Shown here one piece after another: positions 43,812 through 58,084 of a stretch of 64,000 nt of DNA. Every line of letters begins with the position of its first letter. Positions within the stretch are counted from its first letter, which is position 1. This DNA is from the human T2T-CHM13v2.0 reference genome, Homo sapiens. Below the pieces are notes generated by a model, which was not told the DNA's origin, ran no database searches, and saw only the letters and a list, made by a program, of their open reading frames with translations. The position numbers were made by a program, and so were the translations under genes. The stretch lies in NCBI RefSeq assembly GCF_009914755.1, contig NC_060936.1; one strand, given 5' to 3'.

Positions 43812-45155
43812 CCGACTTTCCCTCAGTCTTTGATCCCACTCTTTTTCCTGCACCTCCCCAACCCCTAAGTCCAGAATCTTTCTGTTTCAATATCTCCAGA
43901 ATACATCTTCCTGTCTCCTACAGGAATCGGGAGGGGACACATTAAATTACCTGATTGTGCTGGGGATGGCTGGGGTTCCTGACAGTCTAATTGCTCTTTA
44001 AACAGATCTTCAAGCAATCTCTGGAGTTTTAGACCTTGCCTCAGTTTTAGACCCCTGCTTATCCTTCTGTCTTACTTGCTACTTCCAAGTCCCGAGCTTT
44101 CCTGGGTTTCCAAGGGAAGAATCAGGTTGCTTCTCGTGGGTCTGTGCCTCCAAATGTTTTTGGTCTGCCCTTCTTGGACTCTGTGGGGTCGTTTACCATT
44201 CTTCTATCCATTTTCTGTTTTCATATGATGGGGGCCAGGATTCTAAATCCTTGTTTCATTGAAGATGGACTTTGGGTTCCTGTTTCTTATTTTCCTTATC
44301 ATCTTGGGGGTGATTTTTGAGAGGAGAAGGGGGCTTTACTCCACTCTCTTGTGACCAGAAGGCAGAGATGTCTTCTTGAGGTGGAAGTGGTGGTGCTTGT
44401 GCCAGACACTCTTGCTGACAAAGTGGCTGAAAGTGGGCCATATGTTAGGAGGAAGGTGAGGAGGGGAGGAGAGAAGCTTCCGGAACTTAGAAAAGCTGCT
44501 GTGGGAACTTGATTTGGAACCCCTGCCCCCCGTCCTCCCAAGAGGGCCCAAGAGGAAAAGGATTACTGGGCCCCAGTGAGGCCTGGTTGAGGTGAGACTG
44601 TGAGAATCAGTGGTAGGTTCAGCAGGGAACAGGGATGGAGACAGTGAGCAGTGGGCAGCAGCTTCTAGCTCAGAGGAGGACATGAGGGGATGGGGGCATT
44701 CTAGAGCCAGAAGGAGGGCAGTGAAGTGGCTTTGAGGCAGGCCATTGGCCAGGGAGCAGAAGAGGACAAGACAGTATTGACAGCCACTGATTAGATGTTG
44801 GTGATGTGCCAGGGACTGGGCCAGGTTCTTCAAAGCAGGCTTAGTGGGAGTGGGCAGCCAGGAGGAGAAAGGAAAGGTGGTCTAGGTCAGTGAAGGAAGG
44901 GCTGAGTCTCAGAGGTGGGAGTGGGGCAGGTCTGAGTGATGATGGAGTCTCCTGCTCCAGAGGTGAGAGACTGCTCATGTGCAGACCCATGAAGCAGGGT
45001 GTCCCTGAGGAGGGCAAGAGGTGGGGTGGGAAGAAGCAGTGGTATAATGGTTCAAGTCTTCAGAAAGAATGGCAGCAGGTGGGAGAGGCCAGTTGTTTAG
45101 ATGAGTGGCCTCTTGGGAACCAAGGAAAGATACTATTTTATTTTATTTAGTTTTT

Positions 45156-45975
45156 AGAGATGAGGTCTCACTATGTTGCCTAGGCTGGAGTGCAGTGGCT
45201 ATTCACGGGCATGATCATAGAGCACTGCAGCCTTGAACTCCAGGGTTCAAGTGATCCTTCTTTTTTTTTTTTTTTTTTTTTGAGACAGGGTCTGGCTCTA
45301 TTGCCCAGGCTGGAGTGCAGTGGTACAATCTCACTGTAGCCTCTGCCTCCTGGATTCAAGCCGTTCTCCCACCTCAGCCTCCTGAATAGCTGGGACTACA
45401 GGCACATGCCACCATACCCAGCTAATTTTTTTGTATTTTTAGTACAGATGGGGTCTTGCTATGTCGCCCAGACTGGTCTCAAACTCCTGGACTCAAAACA
45501 ATTCACCCACCATGGCCTCCCAAAGTGTTCAGATTACAGGTGTGAGCCACTGCACTCGGCCTTCAAATGATCCTTCTGCCTCAGCCTCCCGAGTAGCGGG
45601 AACAAGAGGTTCTGACTACCATGCCTGGCTTAAGATTTTAAACAGGAAGGGTGATCACTTCGGTTCACTTTATTTTATTTATTTATATTTTGAGACTGGG
45701 TCTCGCTCTGTCACCCAGACTGGAGAGCAGTGGCACAATCACGGCTCACTGCAGCCTTGACTTCCTGGGCTCCAGGGATCCTCCCACCTCAGCCTCCTGA
45801 GTAGCTGGGACCACAGGTGCACACCACCAAGCCTGGCTAATTTTTGTATTTTTGGTAGAGACAGGGTTTTTCCCCTTGCTGCCCAGGCTGGTCTCAAACT
45901 CCTGAGCTCAAGCAATCTGCCCACCTTGGCCTCCCAAAGTGCTGGGATTACAGGCGTGAGCCACCAAAAGGGGCC
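45156..45975 (-). mobile_element. FAM-like monomer split by an AluJ (45262-45561), followed by an AluJ (45675-45975)
   Basis: gtggctattcac motif (7SL/FAM-type); TSDs ttcaa(g/a)tgatccttct and cttc(g/a)gttcacttta. Confidence 0.8.
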
Positions 45976-48900
45976 TTCAGTTCACTTTAATACTTACTGA
46001 ACATTTATGTAATGCACCTGCCCCAGGTTACATAGCCTGGGGGTATAGTCGCAATGAGTCACCTAAAATACATAGCCTCTGACTCTAAGCTGTAATAACT
46101 CAGCTCTCATGCATGACTCCACAGTCTTTTCCTGACGTCCTGGGACTATTTTCTGTGTGCTTCTATATGGTCATTCTATGCCGCCTCACAGATGTTGCTG
46201 ATAGCACTCCTCCTGGCTGAGAAGGCTGCTCCTGTCATCTCATCAGGCAGCCCCTGAGTGTAGCTCGGCCAGGCTTCTGTGATTACAAGCCACAGAAACC
46301 AACTCTGGCTAACTTAAGCAGAAAAACAATTTATTGGAAGGTTATTGGGCAGCTCATAGATTCAACAGCTACACTCTACCCTTCTTCTGTGCTGGTAAAG
46401 GCTTGATTTTGTCCTGAAATTTACGTGCCCTGTACCCAAGGAAGGAGACCCCCTCCTCAGCCACAGGGGATAATGTTGATGAGTCTCAGCCAACCAGGGC
46501 ACTTCCTGCCTCTGTGCCAGTGATTGGTTTAGGTTTAGGCATGTGAGGCAGCGCTGGCCAAGGACACACAAGGGGAAGCCCGCTAGGCCAGGGTTTTCGG
46601 AAAGAATCACAGAGAAGCTGACTTTATTAAAGGTGGAATTAATGCTCTCTGCCTCTAAAAAATAATATACTTGCCCATTGTGTAAGGTGCTTTTAGTTGG
46701 TCTTCTGTGCTTTCAGTTGAAAGGTTCTGACACATGAAGGCTAGCTATTTTTCCTGGGTAGCAGGTGGGGCGAAAGATGGGAAAATAAGCTGATGGCTAA
46801 AGGGTGAAATGAAAAGAGTTTGCAAAATAAAGGAGCTGATGCATTTTTGAAGGCAGAAGAATTACCTAATAGAAAAGAACTGATTGAAAATGTTAGAGAG
46901 AAGGGGACTAACTCAGGGAGAAGGAGGCCACCACTCATCAAGCAGACACTTGCCATATGCCAGGCACTGTGAAAGGGGGTGGGATACAGTGATGGACAGA
47001 AATACGAGGTCCCTGCTCTTAGGGAAACTTTCAGTCTGGGTGGGGTAGAGAGACAATGAACATGTAAGTAACAAAATAAACAGGATAAGATAATGGGAAG
47101 TAATTTGGCGGGGCGGGGGGCAGTTAATTTTGATAGAAGATGGTCAAGAAAGTCTCCTCTGAAGAAGAGGAGATCCGCCCAACTCGGCCTCCCAAAGTGC
47201 TGGGATTACAGGCGTGAGCCATCGAGGGGGGCCTTCAGTTCGCTTTAATATTTACTGAACATTCATGTAATGCACCTGCCGCAGGTTACATAGCCTGTGG
47301 GTACAGGGATGGGCCAGCCACATGAAGAAACTTAGGAGGACTCCAGAAGACATCTCAGGGCAACTGTGGGCTCTGTCCTGACTACAGCAATGGAAGTCCA
47401 ATGTCCATTCAGAAAAGGGAAAGAAATGGCAGCAAAGTTTGCCTTGGAGGCTCCTGCAGGCCAGGAATGACAGAGCAGCTGGAGAGATATATTTTCCCAG
47501 GGCTGGCATGGATATCACCTCCCCTGTGGCAGGACAGGTTGGGAACCCTGGTGTTGCTGACTTTCTGGAAGCTGGAGAGGTTTGAGTGGAATATTTGGAG
47601 TGCATTATATACCATAGGTGGCTTGTGCTGGCCACCTATGGTCTATAATTTGGTTGGATGTCCTTGATTTTCTACTGATAAATAGATCTGCTACTTGATT
47701 TTCTACTGTGGGTTTGAGGGAGGATACTTGGGGCCAGCAGATGAGTCACACCTCTGATCCTTACATGCCCAGCTGCCTCTGTCTCCCCTTGCCCATGCAG
47801 TCTGGAATTCCAATCTGCTCCCCTGTTTAACATCTCATCCAGTCAATAAGCGCCTCTGAAGTCTTTACTTTGTGAGTAGCATCTTTGACATGTTTGTGTC
47901 GGGTGGATACCATGACAGAAAGACAAGACTTGGCCTCAAGGAGTTTGCTGGTCAAATTCGAGAACACTGCATCTGAAACAATTTATCAGTAGAAAATCAA
48001 GGACATTCAACAGAGGTATAGACCATGGGTGGCCATCACAAGCCACCTATGGTACACAGTGCACTGGTTTATATACCATCTACTGCATTAGTCCCAGCCT
48101 CCCAAACTGGCACCAACAGTCCTCTTCTCCTTGCCCACTACTCCCTTCTTCCCTCCAAGATCCCTTTGGAGGTGATCCATCAAGTTGGAGCCTGACACAT
48201 AATTTCTGCTCATCGTGTGTGGCCTTCCTCCAGTTTCCTGGGGATGTGAAGGAGGAGGGAGGGACCTGTCAGCTGGATGGAGACTTCTTTGCCCAAAGTT
48301 GATAGTACCACAGTGGGGCTCTTCACAGGCAGCCATTTTGAGACCTGTCCAGCACAAGGTTCTAGTTTTGGGGGTCCTGTCACTTAAATAAGAAAATATT
48401 GAGTGCTTGCCTTGTGCCAGTGTCTGTTTGAAGAGGCAGACCACTGTCACTTTTCTTGTATTATCTAATTCAGTCCACACAACAATTGCCTTTGGTGGGA
48501 ATTTTAATTATTCCATTTTACAGTTGGAGAAACTAAGGTACAGAAAGATAAAGTCACTTATCCTTATCAAACAACTAGTAAGTAGTGGAGCCACGATTTG
48601 AACCCAAGCAGACTGCCTGCAGCATCCCTGGTCGGCACCCCTGTGCACACTGCCAAATTGTCTTATTCTAGGAATTTCCCTTCCCTGCGCCATGACATAT
48701 TAAAAACTCAGCTAGAGGTCATTTTGAGCAAGGAACCCTTCTCCACCCTGCCTTTCCATGAGAGGGAGTTGGGATCCCAGAGAAGAGGAATTCCAGAAGA
48801 GGCACTGCCACTTTGGCTATTTTTCCTGCATGTTCCCCAGGCAGGGAGCGCCAGCTTTTGATTTGCCAGGTGTCTCTCTGTTCTTCTAATTAACACCAGA

Positions 48901-49489
48901 TCCAGCCTTTAGCCAGAGCCCTGCCTATAGCTGGAATCCACCACCATGCGGCTCAGGGGCCAGTTCGCTGTGACTGCCACAGAGGACAAAGCAAGTGCTA
49001 ACTCGGGGTGGAGTCTTCTGTAATGATGCTCCCTTTGCCTCATCCATAAAAAGCTCCACTCAGATCTACCTCGTTTGTGGTGGAGGCCAGGGTGGCAGAG
49101 TGTGCAGGAGAAGGCAGAATCAGGCTGAAACAGCTCCTCTTTGCCTCCCTGGATTCTTTTCCAAAATGCTGTCAGCACTGCCAGTTGGAAAATATTTTTC
49201 TCCCTCCCTTTGTCTTCTTTCTTATTAAGAAAAAAAAAAAAGCCATCTGGTGTCAAATTCACTCCTGGCACATCATAAAGGGTAGCACTAAAAATGTCCC
49301 CGAAAAACTAAAAGCAAAACCACAGTAGTACACATGGGATTTAATCTCAGCATCCTAGAATTTCAGAGTTGATAGGGCCCTCTGAGATCAAACCCTTCCT
49401 GTAGACGGGAGGAAACTGAGGCCGGGAGGGATTATGTTATTCTTTCAAAAATGTTTACTGAGCGCCTACTATGTTCAAGACACTCTTCA

Positions 49490-50080
49490 GGCGCCGCAGA
49501 TGAATCACGAACACAACAGTGAGGCAGAAATCCCCGCCTCCTTGGAGCTTTCCGTGGGAGGTTCTTGCCTCGGCCCTCGGGCCTGCGTCTGCCGCCGTTT
49601 TTAAACGGCCCCGAAGTTGGGAGCTCTGGCTGGGCCACCTCCGGGCTGGGGGCCCGGCCTGGGGCCGCCCCTCTTTTCCCGCCCGGAGCCGCAGTGTCCA
49701 GAGGGGCGAAGTTTGCGGCCACCGCCGGCCGTGCAGTCTCCCGCGCTTCCCCCGCCGGAGCGCCGGCCCCGCATTCCTCCGGGTTGAGCAACAGCTTTTC
49801 CTCCGAGGGCGGCTGGCCGGGCAAGGCGGGGCCGCCAGCGCTGGGGCCCTCGCGGGGCGCGGCCCGAGTGTCCGGGGCCTCTGGCAGCGCCCCGGGTTTA
49901 AGTGGAGCGCGGCCGCCAGACCCTCCCCGGGGAGCCGAGCTCGGAGAGGGGGGCCGCAGAGCCCAGGCCCCAGCCTGCCCTTCCTGCAGCGCCGGCGGGA
50001 TTGCCGAAAGACCAAGCGGGTGCCAGGCCTCACCCGACCTTGATGTTGGCGTTAGTCCGGGTTGACCGCCCACTCTGACG
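49490..50080. promoter_or_regulatory. Orphan CpG island
   Basis: ~600 bp of very high GC and CpG content with GC boxes; no coding exon recognised. Confidence 0.85.
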
Positions 50081-50224
50081 CTCTATACAGAGAGCTCCTT
50101 TGCTTCCATTTTTACTCCAATCCTGGAAATTCTTTGTCGATGAAAAGGGGACAGTTTATAGTGAACTCCAAAAGAGGGGTCCTAACCTAACCCAGCTCTT
50201 TGAATTTAAACACTTACAATAATC

Positions 50225-50413
50225 ATATGTGTGTGTGTGTATGTGTGTGTATATATATATGTACACATACATCTGTGTACACAGACGTATGTGTATACAT
50301 ACATATATATGTATGCATACATGTATGTATGCATACATGTATGTATGCATAGATGTATGTGTATATATGTATGTATACATATATACACTCACACACACAT
50401 ATATACATACATA

Positions 50414-50414
<1 letters not shown>
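50225..50414. repeat. (TG/TA/CA)n alternating purine-pyrimidine microsatellite at an Alu tail
   Basis: ~190 nt of RY repeat adjoining the reverse Alu at 50414-50695. Confidence 0.9.
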
Positions 50415-52459
<2,045 letters not shown>

Positions 52460-55019
52460 GTCCACGTATATTTTATAAGGGGCAGCATGCCTGCCCCTTT
52501 GGGAGGGAGACATTGTAGATCTTCCAAGGCTGTACACTATATCCTGAAAATGATAATCTGGAACAAAGGACAGTCAATGCCTCACTTGCAAGATGTGTAG
52601 AAATGGAATAGAATCATGGAGCATTGTCTCCCAACAAACAAACGGCCATATAAGACAAGCATACATTTCCCAACCTCTCCTGCAGCTAAGTGTAGCCATG
52701 TAACTAAATTGTTATCTATTGCGTGTGTGGCAGCTTCTGGGAAATTTCAATGACTAGCATGCACCCTGGGAGGCTTCTTCCCATCTTCTTTTCCTAATGG
52801 CTGGAATGTGGACATGATGTTGGAGCTTGAGCAGTCACGTGGGACCAGGACTAGCATGCTGAGGACTGAGGATGGCAGGGCAGTGAGGGGAAAGGGGCCT
52901 AGGTCTCTGATGGTGGTGGAGCTCACAAACTAGGTCTGTACTAGTTATCTTTGGATTTGTTTACATGAGAGAAAAAGACACTCCCATCTAGTTTTAACTT
53001 TTTGTTTTTGTTTTTTGGTATATGCGCCTGAACGTAATTCTCACTGATGCAGGGTTAGAGCAGAGAAGGACCAATGGAGGGTTAAGCCCGTCAGCAGAGA
53101 GAAGGGGTCAGGGGCCCTGCTCCCCTTTCCCTCCATCTCAGCTTCAGCAATGACAGGCGAGGGGAGCGGGGAGTCATCTCTGGCTCGTTCACCACCCACT
53201 GGCGATGCCCCATTCACAAGGGGGCCCGGCTGGCCACGCGACCCAGCAGCATCCATTTGAAGGCAGCAAGCAACAAGCTGGCTCCATTCACAAACCCTGT
53301 CCTCCTTTGAAAACCAATCACCGTGCGAAGCGTGACTGGGTGGTGGCTGGTGTCGGCCCATCTGTCACGCCCTTTCAGGGAGCCTGGTGGCAGCAGCCAG
53401 CCTGGGCCGAGCCAGCCCCTCTCCCTTTGTACCCCAGGGACATGCACTGTAACGAGATCACAGTGCCTACTGAATTATTCAGAGCTGCCCTGAGTGTCAG
53501 TTTTATTATAAACATGCAGATTGCTCCAGGCTCCAAACTTCCAAACCTCCAGCAGCCGTCTCCCTCCAGGATTTTGCAGTGGCTGCTTTGTGCCTGTGAT
53601 TTCCCCAGGCCTTGATGGCCTAATTTCCCTTTGACCAGTTCCTACCTGCTGCTGGGCTCGAAAGCCCCGGCCCTTTACCCATTGCTTCCACAAGCCCTAT
53701 TCTGTGCTTAAAAATTGTCCTCTCCACCGCCCCAGCAGTCCTGCCGCTGCCTCTCCCATCTCCTACTGGCTTCACCGCCCAAGTGGGTGACATCAGACTT
53801 GGAGAGTGCAGCTCGCCTTCCTCTGCTGGGAACATGGATCCTCCGCTCCTGTGGGCTTCGGTGTGATCTTTAAGCCCACTAGGTCTTCCTGCCCATCCGG
53901 GTGTTCTAGACCCAACTCTGTCCTCTGCCCTTCCCCATATGTCCCAGATCCCTGGTGCTCTCCGAAGTTGATCCGGAGAATACCCCCCAGCTGGTAATGA
54001 AGCAGAGATGGTAATGCACATTTAAGAGTAATGAAATGCAGTGATATTTCAGGCCTGACAGACCTATTTCTGGCAGCCTTAGAATTAAAGTGTGAGGCTT
54101 TGTACTGCAGCTGCTACTAGGAGCCTTCAGAGTTTTTCTAAAGATGTGAATAAAGCTTCCAGGGTTTCAGCTCAGATCACTGTGGCTATTTATCCTGCTG
54201 CTGCTTTCATTGTACCTTTTTATTTGAAATTTTAGAGCTTTTAGATGAAGGGAACGCAGCAGTAAGTGCAAAGCATACAAAATATCCTGGTTGGGGAGAA
54301 TGTCCCGGTTTTTCTCTCCAATTGTCCATGACAGCTCTGAGGAGGAAGAGCTGCTCACAGGGAGCACTGCCTCTGTCTCCCCTTTGAGTGGGCTCCTCCT
54401 GAATTCTTGCCCCGCTGCAGTAGGAAATGGGGCCTCCTGAGAAAGCTTTAGGAGGGAGTCCATGCCACCAAGATTGACGGGGCTAGGTGTGGGCTGGCCC
54501 TCCCCCAGCGCCTCAGTGCTGTGAGCTTGGTATAGACTGTCCTTGGTTGGGGAATGTGGTGGAAAGGAGTCAATCCACACTAGGCCGACAGTGAGAGCTC
54601 TCGCTTCAGTCCTCCAGTTAGGAAAGTTGGGCTGCTCTTTCCATCTCTGCACCCGGCTTCATCCATCGCACCCAGGAGGTTGGAGCCATTCGTGAGGAGA
54701 GGCCATGTAGGACAGTGGTGGAAACATGGACTCCACTGGCAGACAAACCTGGGAGCAAAACCTGGTGAGACCACCTGCACTGCCCAGAGCAAGCCACTTG
54801 CCCTTTCTGGACCTCACTGTCTCAGTTTCCCCACCAGTAAAATGGGGATAATAAAGCATCCATTGTCCAGATCCTCGTGATGCATGTAAGATACTTGGCA
54901 CATATGAAGTCACAATGTGTATTATTAACACTGAACAGTATGAATAATAGTCCCAGAACTCAGGCTAGCTAGACCTCCTTCCTGCACCATCACTAATGTG
55001 CCAAAACCCGTTTCAATCC

Positions 55020-55265
55020 AGGGCTGTGTAGTGCAATGAGAAGGGGCTCTGGAGCCAAACACAGCCAGGTTCCAACCCTGGTTCCTTCATTTTCCAGTTT
55101 TGTCAGATCAATTTGTGAGACTCAGATTTTCTGAGTCCCAGTTTCCTCATCCGTAAGAATAGTGATAATAAATATTCACCTCAAAGGGTATCAGTGAGGA
55201 TTAAATGAGATCATGTTTATACAAGAACCCACACAGTGCCTGGCACACAGTAGGTGTTGATAAAT
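55020..55265 (+). mobile_element. MIR
   Basis: cagtttcctcatccgtaag...gtgaggattaaatgagat...gtgcctggcacacagtagg. Confidence 0.8.
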
Positions 55266-55379
55266 AATTCCCTTCCCCCTTTCCTTCTCCCTCTGCTTCT
55301 GTTAAAAAGGAAAAGAATTTTATAATCAGCCACCAGTTTACAGGAAATGCAGGAGGAAGATAGGGATGGTAAATGGTGG

Positions 55380-56246
55380 TGGTGGGGGGGGATTTCATCA
55401 GCAAAATCCAGAATTTGGGAAATTCTGTAGGACAAATGACGCAGAATCCTCAATGAACAAATTACAAGAGAGAAAAAGTGGGAGGGCCAAGTGAAATGCG
55501 AAGGCCGGTCGGGCACGGAGGCTAACACCTGTAATCCCAGCATTTTGGGAGGCCGAGGTGGGAGGATTGCTTGAGACCAGGAGTTCAGGACCAGCCTGGG
55601 CAACATGGCGAGACCCAAGTCTCTACAAAAAAGTTAAAAATTAGCTGAGTGTGATGGCTTGCACCTGTGGTCCCAGGTTGTTGAGAGGCTGAGGCAGCAG
55701 GATTGCTTGTGCCCAGGAGGTTCAGACTGCAGTGAGCCGAGATCGCACTACTACACTCTGGCCTGGGTGACCGAGTGAGACTCTGTCTCTAAAAACAAAA
55801 AAAAAAAAAAGAAAGAAAAGAAAAAAGAAATATGAGGACCTTGTTCAGATCCCAATCCAAACAAACCAACTGGGAAAAAATAAAAGAGGCCATCAGGGAC
55901 ATTTTGATATTGACTAGATATTTGATAACATTAAGTAATCATCGTTGATATTGACTAGATATTTGATAACATTAAGTAATCATCGTTAATTTTTAGGGTG
56001 ATAATGGTATGGTAGTCATGTTCCAGAGAAGTTTTTATCTTTTGGAACACATAATGAAGAAATTAAAGATTAAATGATATGACATGGGGATTTGCTTGAA
56101 AATAATTTAGTGGGGTGAAGTGAGGGGTGGAAGTGAAGCAAAATCGGCCATGTATGGATAACCAAGCTGCGTGATGGTATGTGGGGGTTCATTAAACTAT
56201 TCTCTCTACTCTTGTACATGTTTGAATATTTCCATAAAAGTAAAAA
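55380..56246 (+). mobile_element. L1M 3' end interrupted by an AluJ (55503-55830)
   Basis: ttcattaaactattctctctactcttgtacatgtttgaatatttccataa followed by poly-A. Confidence 0.65.
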
Positions 56247-57061
56247 AAAAAAAAAAAGAGAGAAGCAGCGGTCCTTTTAGATTAGAATTGTCTCTCCCAC
56301 CTACCTCCTCCTTCATATTCTCCCAGCCCCTTCCTCACTTCAGTTTCTTCTTACCACCTACCTCGACTATACTGCAACAGCCTCTTAGAATCTCCCAGCC
56401 TTTGATCTCTCTCCCATCCAATCTTCTTCCCATTCTGCTGCCAAAGTTATCTTCCTAAAACACAAATCAGATCATGGTGCTTTCCTGTTTGAAAACTCTT
56501 TGGTAGCTCTCTATTGCCAGTAATCTAGTAGAGTACAAAATCCTTATTATGTGATTCAAAGCCCTTCACAGTTAGGCTCAGCCTTCCTGCCTCCTTCCTT
56601 TCCCATCCCCTGGGATGGGGATCCCAGGCCAATCCCTATCCCCTCATTCAGCCTGGCTTTTGGTCATACCAGCCAGGCCATTTCATGCCTCTGTGACTTC
56701 TCTTATATAATTACCTGGCAGATCCTCCTCCCTGGCCCTTAACTTCATCTATTGAAGACTAAAATATTTTTCAAATCTTGGTTCAAATGTCATTCTTCCT
56801 TGGTGGTTTCTAGATGTCTTTCCAATGCTCACTAAATATCTGTGCCTCTCTGCCTTCTGGCATATGGTAGGATCTCTCTTCCTGGCTCTCTGTAGTTCGA
56901 TGGGGCCATGTGACCAGCTTTAGCCAATGGGTTGTGAGTGGAAGTCATACATTTCACTTCTGGGCCAAGAATTCCAGAATTCAATTGCTAATTCAAAACC
57001 CTTTGAGCTGTCTTTCCCTCTGGCTCAGCGATGGGTGACATCCAGATTAAAACTGTTCTCA

Positions 57062-58084
57062 GACCTGGCATGGTGGCTCACACTTGTAATCCTAGCACTT
57101 TGGGAGGCTTTGGTAGGTGAATCAATTGAGGTCAGGAGTTCGAGACCAGCCTGGGCAACATGGCAAAACCCCATCTCTACTAAAAATACAAAAATTAGGC
57201 AGGTGTGGTGGTGCATGCCTGTAATCCCAGCTACTCGGGAGGCTGAGGCAGGAGAATTGCTTGAATTTTGGTGGGGCAGAGGTTGCAGTGAGCCAAGATC
57301 ATGCCACTTCATTCCAGCCTGGGCGTAAGAGCAAAACTCCATCTGAAAAAAAAAACACACAAAAAAGCTGTTCTCTCAGGCTGGAGGTTCTGGAGTGCGC
57401 GTGGTGCCATGGAGTAGAATCTCCTGTCCACCTGTGGGCGCTATGTAGTGTGAGACACATAAATCTGAGAGGCCTTTTGTTTCTTCAGCACAACCGAGTC
57501 TACCCTAAGTCTTCCCTCTCTGAGTTGCAATCCACTGTGCTGTCCTCTGTGTTTTCACATTATATCGTGTATGTAATGTGTCCAGATGACACCCCCGTCA
57601 GGTTAGAAATCCTATGTTACGATCTTAGCATTCTGGCCCGCAGCACTCAGCATAGTGCTCTGCAGAGGGGAGGGGTGAATGTACAGCAGTCCTTGGCTGT
57701 GGTGGATGCAGTTGGGCGTATGTGTAGAGGTTGAGAGGTGTCATCCTTGCCAGGGGCCTCCGTACTCATTAGTCTTGGGGATCTTTTTTTTTTTTTTTTT
57801 TTTTTTTAGACAGAGTCTTGCCCTGTCGCCCAGGCTGGAGTGCAGTGGCGCCATCTGGGCTCAGTGCAAGCTCTGCATCCCGGGTTCATGACATTCTCCT
57901 GCCTCAGCCTCCCAAGTAGCTGGAACTACAGGCACCCACCACCACACCCGGCTAATTTTTTGTATTTTTAGTAGAGACGGGGTTTCACCGTAGCCAGGAT
58001 GGTCTCTATCTCCTGATCTCATGATTCGCCCGCCTCGGCCTCCCAAAGTGCTGGGATTATAGACGTGAGCCACCGCGCCCGGCC
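57062..58084. mobile_element. AluS (+) 57062-57355 and AluY-like (-) 57784-58084
   Basis: Alu consensus; the second has TSD agtcttggg(g/a)atctt. Confidence 0.9.

Noticed and set aside
49432-50073. Four overlapping ORFs of 166-213 aa
   Set aside because: Same CpG-island artefact; open in several frames on both strands
57738-57758. gtgtcatccttgc-caggggcc resembling antisense U6 snRNA
   Set aside because: Only ~21 nt with a gap, and the flanks do not continue the U6 match; insufficient for a pseudogene call
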